Shown one piece after another: positions 43,172-56,700 of a stretch of 64,000 bases of DNA. Where the stretch lies: assembly GCA_000165425.1 (NCBI GenBank), contig CT868230.1:310001-374000 (forward strand), read 5' to 3'. Position numbers and translations under genes: made by a program. This DNA comes from Paramecium tetraurelia. Lineage: Eukaryota. Numbering within the stretch: position 1 is the first letter of the stretch; every line of letters starts with the position of its first letter. The notes under the pieces were generated by a model, which was not told where the DNA came from, ran no database searches, and saw nothing but the letters and a program-made list of their open reading frames with translations.

Positions 43172-43849
43172 TTCTATATTGGTTTTTATATAATTATTTT
43201 CAAATTAAAAATTATAAAATAATGATAATAAATTTGATTCTAGTTCTCATTTTAATTCACATTCTAATAAATTATGAATCTAATCAGTGAGTAGCTATTA
43301 TACTCTTACTCTTAAATTTAATATCAAATGATAGTTGCATTCACTTTTTTGCAAAAATAATTTATTAATTTAGGGATTAAGTTATCTAAAATAATCTAAT
43401 AGAAATTGTAAAGATTAAATAAAATTATGAAATCAAATAGTAATAGTAATATTTTATCATCTTTGCATTCTAATTCTACTATTTACAATAACTACGATAT
43501 TCATTTAATTCCCTTTCTAATTATCATATTTTATGAAAGTCCCAATACTCCAATATTTGGAATGTGCAATTTCAAATTTCTTAAGGAATCTTTAAATTAT
43601 AGCTAATTCTAATAAAGAGATGTTATAGTGTAGTTCATGCTTTTTCAAAGATTTTAAAAATTAGAATTTAAACCAATAAAATCAGGTCATTCTATTTTAT
43701 ATGCTAATTTACCTTATCCAAGGATGGTATTTAACAAAAGTAATTGAGATATAGAGTATTTTATTTCTCAAATTTTCAATCATCCCTTTCATTGAAGCAG
43801 TTTGGATGAACTTTGTTCATTTATTAAATTTAACAGAAACATATTAATT

Positions 43850-45562
43850 ATGGGAACCTCACAATCATCATTGATGTTGGGTTAACCTCTCAAGTAAACA
43901 AAAATGGGAACTCATTACCCATGTGGCATATTAGAGAGAAAAATATAGTTAACAGATGAACAAGTCAGCACACTGACTAATTTTATTAGACTTAAAGAAC
44001 AGAATATGATAGAACCAATTTTCCTTAAAATTCATGCTGTCCAAAAGGATGACTCTGGAATCTTTTGCAACTCCAATAATACAATAAAAATCTATACAGA
44101 ATTTAGTGAGATTGACTTATCAAATGAGATAAGAAGAAGACGTATAACCTCTTAAACCTTTACTAACCAAGAACTTGTCTACAACTTAAAATAATTAATT
44201 GAAGCCATGGCAATTTATCAAACGTTCAACATCCAGTATAATTTATCGTCCAACACATTGCTTTTTGATAAAATCCTCAAGATCATGGACCCATACATAT
44301 TCAATCTTAAATCACCCCAATAGCCACATTACAAAGACCAATCTGGCTCTGTATATTCATCATGGCCAATAGGAATTATACTATTAGAAATGATTACACT
44401 CAATTTAATGACCAACTTAGTTAACATGGATGGAACTTTAAATACTCACCTTTTTAATCATTTATTAGAGTAAATCAATGAACCATTCTTAAAGTAATGC
44501 TTGCTATGCATCTTCGGAGGAATCCAAAGGCCAACTTTCATTCAATTAAGAGATGATTTAAATGGATAAATTATAAGGTTAGAACCAGCCTTCCAAATGT
44601 AGCCAGAAAATATGCAACATCCAACTAATTTCTCTATTTAAGAACAATCAAAATATTATGAAGCCATTTCTTAATAACAATAAATTACAAAGACTTAATA
44701 GAGTTAACCACTGCCACTCATTCCATTAGCCTAATCTAATTTAATTATCAATTCAAATGCTATTTCTCAAAAAAAGGAAAATATCACCCCTATTTCTACT
44801 ACTAGATCTAATAATTAAAGTGTTTTATAAGAAAAAATAGAATAAATCAGAGCCACATATTTTAATCACAAATACTAATAGTAACCTTCATAAGTGTATT
44901 TGTATCGTAAAAGTCCAGAAAAATAATCGGAAACCTCATCCACTGGATCAGAAGATTTGAAGTCCTTTTCTAAAGGCTTATAAATAGATTTATAATCTGA
45001 TCCATTTTATAGAGAACAAGAATCGGATGTCAATACTTTATCCAAATAATTTAATTTCTAAAATGAAGAATATATTTGTGAGACTTATCTAGATGGCTCT
45101 ATTTATGAAGGATTTAAGAGGAATCAAAAAAAAAATGGACAAGGAAGTCTTTATTACAGCGACGGAGGTTTCTATATTGGACAGTGGCAAAATGATGTTA
45201 TGAATGGATATGGATCATTATATTATCCTTCAGGGAAACTTGCATATTAAGGATGTTGGGTCAATGGGAAGTTTTAAGGTAAGGGAATGCTATTTAATGA
45301 AAATCCTAAAGATTGTCAAGATATCAATTATGAAGATTTGACCTCCATTGGTGATTGCTGGATTAGTTATTCAGGAGACTTTGCCTTTGATAAAAAATAA
45401 GGAAAAGGTGTATTAATATTTACAAATGGAGATAGGTAAATCAATATAATTAATTTTAGATTTGAAGGATAATTTAAAGACAATATGATAAATGGACCTG
45501 GCACATTTAAATCAGGGAAGAAAGTTATTTCTAGTATTTGGTCCAAAAATTTAATTTTGTGA
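43850..45562 (+). CDS. Putatively myristoylated pseudokinase with C-terminal MORN repeats
   Basis: MGTSQS start; kinase-like LSNEIRRRR..FTNQEL..LKIMDP..IGIILLEMITL without HRD or DFG; MORN repeats YEGFKRNQKKNGQG, YIGQWQNDVMNGYG, YQGCWVNGKFQGKG. Confidence 0.8.
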
Positions 45563-45775
45563 CTTATATCATTTAATATTTAAAATATTTTGAAAAAAGA
45601 CATTCTCATAGATTAATAATCTAATTGAGTGAAAAATTTATTAGTTAACATGCGTGACATAAATTATTAATCATAAGATCTTAAACATGTTAAAGATATT
45701 CAAATGCAACTAATTTAAAATATATTTGATTAAATTATCACAAACATATACTTTCTTTTAATTACAGGATAGTTT

Positions 45776-48700
45776 TCATTTAGACTCATCTAGAAAGATT
45801 TTAAAGGCTATAAGAAGTGGCTTTTTACTATTGTGTTCTTAAGCTATTTTTCTGTCCAAAACACTGAGGATTTTTTGCCACTTTTGTTTGTCAATTTCTT
45901 CCATTTTGAGCTCATTTAATCTCTTTATCTATTCAGTATACACTTATATCCAATTCTCTTTTAACTACTCAAACTTTTACTCAGCATCAGCATTATCTTA
46001 TTATTTAGTAATTAAATATACTTTTAACTTTAAGAAACTTATTTTATTAGGCATCACTAAATAATTCATGTTCCATACATAATATAGAGAATCTGTCAAA
46101 AGAAAGATTTTTTTCATCATCCTCTAATAAGTCAGCATATTCTTCAAAAATGTCTACAAATTTATCTTCTTCAAATTTGTCTGGTTCAATATGTCTAATC
46201 AAAAGCAGCCATTCATCCAAATTACACATACCATTCCCATCAAGATCACATGCCGCAAATGCATTAATTACATACAATTTAGTTTTTTCAACATTATTTC
46301 TAAATATGGTTAATACTCTAATCATAAGTAGATCAAAATCAACAATTCCTGCTTTGTTGATATTTTTTGGATCATTTTCTTTTTAATTTTCCAAATCCTA
46401 TTTTAAATAATTTAACTCCTCCTAAGTGAAATTAAAATTTTATAATTATCCCAAATATGCTAGAGCTCTCACATATGGAATATAATGCTTTTATTCCGAC
46501 TCATTGTCTTTAATCGTAATCCCAAGATTTTAAATATTCTACACGTATTCTAATGCCTCTAAGTATCTTTATAGTTCTTCAACTCTATAGTTTGATTTCT
46601 CCTCTAATAAATTCATAAATTTAGCAAACATATTAACTCTTACAATTTGTATATATTTCTTCACTGATAAAACTAAAATCATGAATCTCTATTCAGTAAC
46701 TTTGGTATATCCAAATTGCTGTAAATAGTAATTATAAATGTATGCTGACATATCTTAATCTCTCAGTAGTTTATTTTCTTTTTAATTCGTTATTTTTTCA
46801 AAATAGAATGTACTTATCATTTTGAGTACAAGTTTAAGAGGTAAGAAATTACTAAATTTCCCCATCGACTTAGATTTTATTTTTTCAATAAGCAATTTTG
46901 ACTAATTTTTCTAAAAGTCATAGCTGATTGTCACCTACAAATAGAATCATGTTTATATACCTTTTACCCCAATTAAGGTGCTGCCTTTTTATTTTTCCTT
47001 TAAGCTAATGTGTTAACTTTTTAGTTCTATGGTTTCTTCTCCTATTATTAAAGCACTTAATTGAGATCCATAGCATCGGACATAATTTAATTTTCCAAAT
47101 CTGATACTTTAACATGGAGACCAGCTATTTACTCAATCAGTTTAGAGTTCTGATCTTTGAGCTCTTTATTTTAGATCACCAAATTATCATTAACCTTTTT
47201 TAATTCTTCTGTTGTGGAATTGCTTTCTTTAAGATTGTTTTCTAATTGTAATAATTTAATTCCTTAAAATTTGATAAATGTAATCATAGACTTAACTTTA
47301 GAATTATTGATGGATGTTTATTAAGTTTAAGGTGGTTATTTGTCTAAAATAATAGAAGCTCGTTTCATATTTGCCCTCATGGAAGGCTACTTCACAAGAG
47401 AGGATGTGCTTTATGGAATTCCATATTGAGAAACCTGTTGATCAACAAATTTGATGATATCTTCCTCACTTAATTTATCAACAGTGTTGATGTTCATAAA
47501 TGAAATATTTACTTAAGATAAATCAGTTTCGGTTTTATCTTTAGAAATGTTTAAAAAATCAATAAAATTGATGGCTTATTCACAAATATCTTAGGTCAAA
47601 TCATCAAATTTTTTATCTGTCAAATTTAATTGGGTTTAAACTTCTTTCATTGGTGTATAATTAATAATTAGATCTGGTCCGACTTATGATTCTTTTTCTC
47701 TGGTTTCAACAATTCTTTCAGTATTAAATTCAATTTAATTTAACTCTTTTTCTTCTTCATCTTCTTACTCCGTGATTGAAACAGAGGAATCCTCTTGTTG
47801 CTCTTCGATTAATGGAGTGAACTTGTTTTCCTTATTAGAGGTATTGTTGCCTTGTTGACTGAGATTTGAATTGGATCCAATTTATTAGCTTTGAAACATA
47901 GAATATCTGACTTATTAGATTGATGATCTGTTATCTTTTAGGGCCTTATTTTCTAAGTAATCAAGTTTTCTTTGTAATTATAGTACTTCATATCCCAATT
48001 CTTTAATTTTCCTGTTTTTGATCAGGATTTCATTTTGTTTTTATTCAAGTAAATGTTTTTATTGACTTATTTTGGCTTGCAAGTCTTTGACATCGTTCTC
48101 ATTTTTCTTAATTAATGTTGATTGATCCATATTTTAGGATTTTAAGGAAAGCAATTATTTTTCCATATCTTCGTGTGCCCATACATGATTATTGTTCATT
48201 CTAATGATTTCATCTATTTTCTAAATTTCTAATTGTTTTTCTTGTAAGGTTAATTAATATTTTTAATCTTATATTTAATAATTTAGTTCTCTCATAAAAG
48301 TATCAAATAAATTAGCCATTTCTCTACACTCTTCAGTGAAAAAATCTCTTATATAATGCTCTATTTTTATTAATAATTCTGCTCTATTATTTTAATTTAT
48401 TTATTGCATAAACAGTTTTTCTGCCTATTTGGTTTAGATGCGTTTAGATCCATTGCTTTTTTGATTTAAAATCTTCTCGCAAGTGTTGAATAAGAGGTAC
48501 TTATTGGGTGGGGAGTTGTGGGTTGTCCTTATTTAATTTCTGAAGGAGGGACAACTATCAATGGATTGCAACAAAGAATCATTTTGCAATTACTAAGACT
48601 TATTTCTTTGGTGTATGAAATTTTGGGTTCCTTCATAGGGATATAGTAACTTACTTTGTCTTTTTTTGCATTAATCATAAAAATCACTCATTATTTTTTA

Positions 48701-48838
48701 AGTGTCAATTTATTTAGGAAGATCAGTTTGAGATGTTTTGATTCTGTTTTCAGATTTGATAGAATATTATTTGCTAGAGTGTTTTGTGTGTATGGATGGC
48801 TGCGTTGTCTTTTGGTTGTGATGATTTCTTGCTTCCAT
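45776..48838 (-). CDS. Large coiled-coil protein with C-terminal EF-hand region
   Basis: Long coiled coil; helical block YIYNYYLQQFGYTKVTEQRF; EF-hand AFAACDLDGNGMCNLDEW. Confidence 0.75.
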
Positions 48839-48920
48839 GATAAGTAATTATTTATATAGTTTAATTATCAATTGGACTAAATAAGAGAAAGTTAATTTAA
48901 TAATTAAAAATATGATTAAT

Positions 48921-50665
48921 TCATTTTAAGAGGGAGATCACACTAGCAGCATCTATATTGTGTATTGATGCAATATGCTTTTTTATGAAAGTCTTATCCA
49001 TATTAGTTTTGTTTCTGATGGCAATTTTTTTGAAATTGTATTAAGTAGGTCTTTTCGGATTCAAATAAGCAGTCAATAACTTTTACATTGTGGAACTATT
49101 ATTAAGATAGGAATTGAAATCCAAAGAATCATTATACTTTCTATTTTTCATTGATTTGCTCCTTGTAGGAGTAGTCGATGTAACCATCTGAGTTTGTTAA
49201 GGTATTTTATTTTATGAAAAATATCTGCCTCTAACAGGACTTTTGGGATCTATAGGAACTATTTTCTCAACATGATTTTCAGGTAGAGTTTTAATTCTGT
49301 TTTGCAATTGTTTTTATTTAGTAGGATACTAATTCTACTATTGTAATGATTGACTAATCAGTATTTGATTTTAGATATCTAATTATGAATGATACTGTTG
49401 TGGTTGAGTGTGTTATTTTATAGAAGATCTGGATTTTCTTACTTATCTCATTTCGATTCCATTGTTTACAGGTTTGAATTATGTTTAGTACTAATGAGGA
49501 AATCTTTTGTTATTTTTCAGAGTCGTAGGGATTTGATCTTCCTAAATTAATGATCTTATATATTGCTATTTTTGATAATTGATATCCAATTTGTATAGGA
49601 TTTCTCGATATTTCTTTCTATCAAATTTAACATTCTCAGGCAAATCAATTTTGATTTAACCTGGATATGTTAATTCAGATTCTGATCCTTTAAATTCATT
49701 CAACAAAGAATGGGAAAAGGCCTCTTCAATTGTCATTCTTTTATAGGGATTCCAAGTTAGACACTTTTGAATGAAGTCTATTATATCATCTTGTGTTTTG
49801 ATAAACTATGTTAAGGGCCTTCTTCTTGAGTTTTAAATTTCCCTAAAGATCTTATCAGCCAAAGGAGCATTGATTTAATTTAGATCATCTTGAGAAGGTC
49901 TACCAATTACTTCTACAATTTTTTCCAATTAATTTAAAGTTGATTATCCTGCAAAAAGGGATTTGCACATTATCATTTCTGCCAGAATGCATCCCACACT
50001 CCACATATCCACAGCCTTTGAATATAAAGGAGATCCCAACAGAATTTCAGGTGCTCTGTACCATCGTGTGGCTACATATTCCGTCATCACTGCTGTTTCA
50101 TCCATTTCACTTGCCAGCCTTGCCAATCCAAAATCAGCTAACTTTATTCTGCATTCTTAATCTATCAATATATTTGAAGGCTTCAAATCTCTATGAATCA
50201 ATCCTCCTGAATGAATATATTTTAGACATTTGAGCAATTAGTAGAGTATATAAATAACATGCTATATCTATAGGAGATTCGCTCGGATTACCTTAATTTA
50301 AAAGATATTATACTTTATGAAGATCTGATTCTATGTATTCAAAAGTCATGTAAAGATCTTTCATATTCATAGCTCTATGTACACGCAGCAATTTCACAAT
50401 ATTCTCATGTTACGTCAATTGCTAGAGATATATCACTTCCCTATAAGTTCTTTGTGCATCTGTATCATTTGAAAATGCGTCAAAAACCTTTTACGATATT
50501 TATCACAAAAACCTTTTTCAAAGCAACAATTTTCTTTGTTTATTTATCGATTGCCTTCCAAATTATCCCATAAGCTCCTTTGCCTTTAAACTCTATTATT
50601 TGATAATATTTAGAAATGTTCTCATCGATTGAAGAAGTTTCGTCGTTGCTATTCAGTTATTACAT
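48921..50665 (-). CDS. MAP kinase, MAPK15/ERK7 type, with long C-terminal extension
   Basis: [56 protein letters not shown]. Confidence 0.92.
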
Positions 50666-50991
50666 GTATATTTATATATAAATTTATTCACATTTCAAAA
50701 TATAATTAACTTCTATATTTTTTCAAGTATCTCCTAAGGTTATCAACATATAATCAATAACTCATTGACAGATAAAGCATTATTAAATTTGTTTTGATGG
50801 TTTTATATAAAATGATCTCTGTAGATTTTCACTTATTAATTATTTTTCGATATTTGTATTTTACTTATTATTTCATAAACCAAATTGAAGTGATCTTATA
50901 ATCAATAAATAGAATCTCATTCATTATCAAATTTTATAAGATAACCATTCATCTATGTAAAGTTAATAGTCTTAAAGTTAATTTATAATAT

Positions 50992-52378
50992 ATGTTTGAA
51001 TCATAATCATTCCCTTTATTAATATTTACTTATACTGATTGGATGTTCAAGATATTTTAGGGTAAAGGTAAAATTGATCTTGATTAATTAAGGAACAATT
51101 TAATCATAATAATAATTGAATATAAAGAAATTAATTTATAATCAGAATAATTACCATTATTATATATCCATATCTAAATTTTTGGGTAAATAAACTCCTT
51201 TTGATAAAAATTAAAATATTAGTAAATGATGAATTGGTTTCGTGCATTTTTGATCTATGATTTTAATATTTCATCATTTTACTTGTAAATGAGTAGAGAT
51301 ATTGAATTTGATAATGAATGGTAGGCTCTTCTCAAAGAAATAAAGCTATAACTGCATAAATAGAATGTTCTTGAAGATAAATTGCTATAAATGAAATCAA
51401 ACTTTGGTGCAGTGAGAGGTAAATTTGATATTTTCAAAAGTAATACAAGTACTATTCATATTAGATCGGGTATTAATTTTAATTTCCAACTAACACGTCC
51501 AAGAAATATTTTAAAATGAACTATTACTTTAAATTTACTCTCATCTTTATGAAATTATTCATTATTAGACTGTAATAGTCTTAGTTATTTAATAGATCAA
51601 TACAACTGAACTTGAACTATAATAGAAGTATCAAATTGATAGAATCATTAAAAAATATGAAGAAAAATTGAACCTTTCAAACATTTTTTCTCTCAGCTTA
51701 CCTAAAATAAATTATTTGGATGTGGATCAGGAACAAATATCAAAATTAAAATCTTTTACATGTGTGACAGAAGAAAATATTGAAACACTTTCTTAATACA
51801 AACAATATACTTAGGATGTTGATTAAAAGGCATTTAAAGGATTTTTAATGTATGATTTAAAAAAATAATACTTTCTTATGCTCATAAGGAAAGGATTTAA
51901 CAGTGATAAAGCTTGGGTTGAAGAAAGAAGCAGAATTGAAAAATTTATTTTAAGTAGACAGAGGTAATAATCTTCAATTCTGTCTATGTCTACCTCATTT
52001 GCTTAATATTTGATATAATATGATAGTTAAACAAGTAATATCTATGATTATATGATAGAGTTTTATTTTATTTTGTTATCTAATAATCTAATCCCAAATT
52101 CACCATAATACGAATTACTTTAAAGAATAAGAGGTTTCATTTCAAGCGAATCAAACTTTTAAAAAGTAACATCATAATATTTATATCAGTAAAGGAAAAA
52201 TGAAATTGAAAGCCAATACTAATATGTAGTTAGCGATATCATTGATGCTTAAGAAAGAATTTACATGAAATCAAAATATAGACAATTGAATCCATCTATT
52301 GCTACAATATTTTAATAATAAATTAAGATTTATGATATGAAAAAATAAAAATAAGAACTTTCTCTTTAATAATTTTGA
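50992..52378 (+). CDS. Hypothetical protein; 5' structure uncertain
   Basis: Long code-6 frame from about 51290 to TGA 52376-52378 with at least one intron; the upstream exons could not be joined cleanly. Confidence 0.5.
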
Positions 52379-52669
52379 GATTCAATTTTTTATATTTATC
52401 AAAAAGTAAAATATCTCATCTAATTGTTGATTATATTGATATCTATATATTTCTATTTTCTCCTTTAAATAAATTCTAATTTTTCTTAAGCACTGATTGC
52501 TAAATATATCATGCGTTTAAACAATTAATATTACTAAAGATTGGATAATTCAGTCATAGTAAAATAAAGATCTGAACCATTTATGCAATATAGAAATAGT
52601 AATGACTTAGAAATAATAAAAAACCTTGACATTGATTTAGATTTTAATTTAAATATACTAAATTATAAT

Positions 52670-53520
52670 TTGAAACTATTGTTGCCAAGCCTAAGACCTC
52701 AGATCATATAGTCAAAACATTGACTTCTTTTGATGTTTTTTCTCTTTTTTTGAGCATACTTTATTTCTATATAAGAGATATTCCCTACTAATTAGAATTT
52801 CAGCAAAGAAATGATTAAGATTATTATAGAAAAATTCAACATTGCATATGTAAAAAGACTCTCCATAATGATATATCGCACTCCCATATTCACATAAACT
52901 ACAATAAATTATAGGATAAAGTAACAAAAATATCTTAATCAAACATTTGAACCACAAAATATCTTATTAGGAGTGGACAAAGAGAATTTGAAGATATTTT
53001 TAATAGATCTTGGGATTAGCAAAATTTAAAGAGATTCAAATAGAATGTATATGTATATAGAATTTTAGTCGACATCTAAATTTAGATAATTCAAAGATCA
53101 AAAATCCTTTTTAGGTAAAACTCGATATGCTTTGATACCAGCACATATGGGACATAAATTGGGGCGTAAAGATGATTTTAGAATCTTTGATGAATGTCGT
53201 TTTGTATTTTTTGAATGGGTAATTAAACATTTATTAATAAGATAGTTACCTTGGCAAAATATGATTGTTTATAAGATGAAGAAAGAGCAAAGAAAGTTGG
53301 AGAAATGTAATTGTCTATGGAACATGAAATATTTAAAGATTATTGTATAGAATCTTAATGCATTTTTGAGTATCATTCAAATTTCTAATTTAAATTGCAT
53401 TAGAAGACTAGAATTAAAATAAGAGCCAAATTACAAAATGATAGTCTAATAATTTAGAAGAGCAGATGATCTTCAAATATTACACATATGATAACTTTGA
53501 TTGGGCAGACTCTTGCTTGT
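52670..53520 (+). pseudogene. Casein kinase 1 pseudogene
   Basis: CK1 remnants PQNILLG, IDLGISK, KSFLGKTRYALIPAHMGHKLGRKDD-LES, LPWQ, EPNY; frameshifts near 52950, 53178 and 53272; HRD lost. Confidence 0.85.
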
Positions 53521-53717
53521 CTAACAAATATAATAAAATTAAATTGGGAATTTTTGTGTAAATTTATTATTAATTAAATTAGATATTTTCCCTAAAAATG
53601 AATAAATCTTAAATGAATTTATCTATTTAATATAGATTATTTAATAATTTTCTATTAAAATTGTTGTTTATTCTCATAAAATCAACATAAATAATTTATA
53701 ATAAACTACATAATTTA

Positions 53718-56700
53718 TCATTTTTTTTCAATTAATGGTAAACTCAATTAATTACGAGCACTTTTTGGCGATAATTGCCTTGCTTTCTTTATATTATCCA
53801 CAACAAAGTTTCTACTCAAGGTCATTGACATTTGAATTTAAGATTATTATTATTATTATTATCTGTTATCGACTAAAGATTATTTAATCTAAGGAGGAAC
53901 ATATCTTGGTAAGACTCCTCTAATAGAATAAGACCTAAGATTTATTTTGAATTTAATACCAATACATATCTTCAGTCTAAATTATCAATTTACCCTTTCT
54001 AATTTTGCCATATTCAACTGGTGTGAAACTAATAATGAAGGTAGTCCCTTCTCTACCATAAGGTTCTAGATCTCCAATTTTAGGTATGACTGAAAATTCA
54101 GCATCTGACTCAGGAGAGAAGGCAGCAGTAAATTTACTATAGTTTTTTGTTTTATTTGTTAATTTAAATGAGACACTTGTCGTTTTATTAAGAGGAGAAC
54201 TAATTAAAATAGTATCATCTTCCTCAGGTTCTGTGGCTTCCAATTGAATTTTATATTTCCATCTTCCTCCTGATTGTCTGAGTACTATAAACTCCATAGA
54301 AGTCTTGAAGGGTTTCATTGGTTGAAACCTTACAAAATAAAGCAAATTATCATGAGGACTATCAAGGTGATTTTTGAGACACTTAATAGTAAAGCATTTT
54401 TAAATCATGGTCTATAAATCCAAAGGCATTCCACCCAACTCAAAGTCAAATTTATCATCTGCTTATAAACTCTATGCAATTCCTTACAAACCTACTTTAA
54501 TTTCATCTTCCCATTTTTCCCTGCATTTAGCCTTGAAATGGAAAAGAGTCTAAGTAGAGACAGATTCAGTGACTCCTTTAACAGGGAAATGCCATTAAAT
54601 CTTCTCATTCATTGAGATGACAACTTCACAATAATAGCTTGTAATTTCTCTGGGTACAAATGAGAAAGGAACTTGTAGAACATTCATCCCTGGAACAAGA
54701 GTTTTATCATTTTTTTGATTTCTGACAAGCAATAGCTTAAAAACTTCTTGATTGTGACCTTCTGCATCTAATGAAATAGAAACTTGAATAGGTTCTTTGA
54801 ATGGGTTTTTAAAATGAATGACTGAACTGTAATCTTTGTTTAATCCAATACTAACAGTGGTAGCTGGGAATTTGGTAGGAGGTAATCCACTTCCAAAGAC
54901 CAAATAGTGCCATTTACCTATGGGAGAAGTAAATATGATGTCTGATTGTTCTATGATATCTAATGAGGATGGGGTGTATCTAAGTGCAACCTTCAAAGAA
55001 TCATAGGGTTATATTTAGAGTTAATCTGGATATATATCAAAATTAGTAGGATTAGTAATTCTGCATTAGACTTGTATCTTTTAATCAGATGGGTTTTCGA
55101 GTACGACTACCTATTATTCAACCTTACCCAAAGAGGCTTTTAAGACATTCAATCTCACAATGGGCTGGTCTTCGCATGTGAGGATGAATTCGTACCACAC
55201 TTCACCTAATAATCTATTTACAAATGCAACACTTCCTCTCCACCTACCAATTTTTAATGGAGCAAAGGTCAATTCATATCCAGCTTCCTTTCTAGCACCA
55301 ATTGCAAATTGTTCTTCTCCTATTAAACCTTCTCCATTTATCATAACCTCATAAATTGCAGTTTCTGTAAGAGGATTAGCCAGTGTTAATTGAATGACTG
55401 TAGCTTATCTTATCAAACAAGAAACTTCAAGTGTTTGAACTGATTTCGGAGATTCAGTGTTCATGAATACTGTGTACCATAAAAAATGTCCTTGTTCATC
55501 TGTAAATGTTATTGATCCTGTGTATTGGCCACTTAGGACTGGTTACACTTGCAATACATAGTTAGCTTTCTTTTATGGTTAAACAACTATTTATGAAGGT
55601 CCTGTGGCATAGATCAAATCTGTTTCAACAGCATAAATTATTGGTTTATCTGTTGGGTTCCTCAATTCAATTTCCTTCTTTGTTACTTTTCTAGCCTAGC
55701 AATTTAGAATGATATGTTCTTCTGCTACTGGTTCTTCCCCATAACCTTTTAGATCATACTCAAAAACATCATTCGTCGTTGGATTGGTTAATACTAATTT
55801 AGCTTCACACTCCTATAGCCAAGATGGACTAAAAGTAATTGGAAAATTACTAGTGGCTTTTCTTTTGACAAAAAAGTCTCTTTAAGGACATTAGAATAAA
55901 CCTTTTGATTCTGAAAGTTGAACTTTTATTTGCCAATCCCTATCTGTTTGATTTACAATCGGAATTTCTTATATTACAGATTATCTTGCAGGTACCCTAA
56001 ATTCTAACATGGCCTTAACAATCTTTGGTAACACTATTGCCGATAATTTATATCTTCTAATATCGAATTTATTTCTTAGAGTTAGAATGACACTAAAGTC
56101 TTTGGTTGCATTCTTGAAAGCATACAGAATTGGTAATTTACAATCAATATTCTCAGTGCCTGGCTTTTTTGTCTATTTATTTAAGTCTGTTATTTAGAGT
56201 GTAGGTGGTAGATTCAAGTATTGTGTTGGTGGATATATTTCTACTTCAAAAGTGATGATATCTAAATTAGAACCTGGGAAATTGATTTTAGAGGCTGTTA
56301 AACTTGAGGCTTGTTTGTCACCTTTTAAATATCTATCTTTCTATTTCATCTAGACCAATTGTTGAATCTAACTACGAGCACGAGCTAACTATTCATTTCT
56401 AAATGGAATCGTATAGGATATTGTTTAAGTGCTATCAACATACAATGATTTGTCTGGTTTAAATTCACCTATGATATTCGGTTATTCAACTGTTCCTTAT
56501 AAATCGTGTTAGAATTCACCCACATTTGGATCTGTAAATATCAGAGAACATTTGTGTGTGTCTATTGTTAATGGAATATAGGTCAATGATAGATTGATAG
56601 TTTAATTCTTCCTGATTCTTTGTCGGTCAATTGTGCAAAAGAATGAAGGGAATTCCTCTTCAAGAGGAGCATCCTTTGCTGGAGGAGCCTTCTTCTTTTT

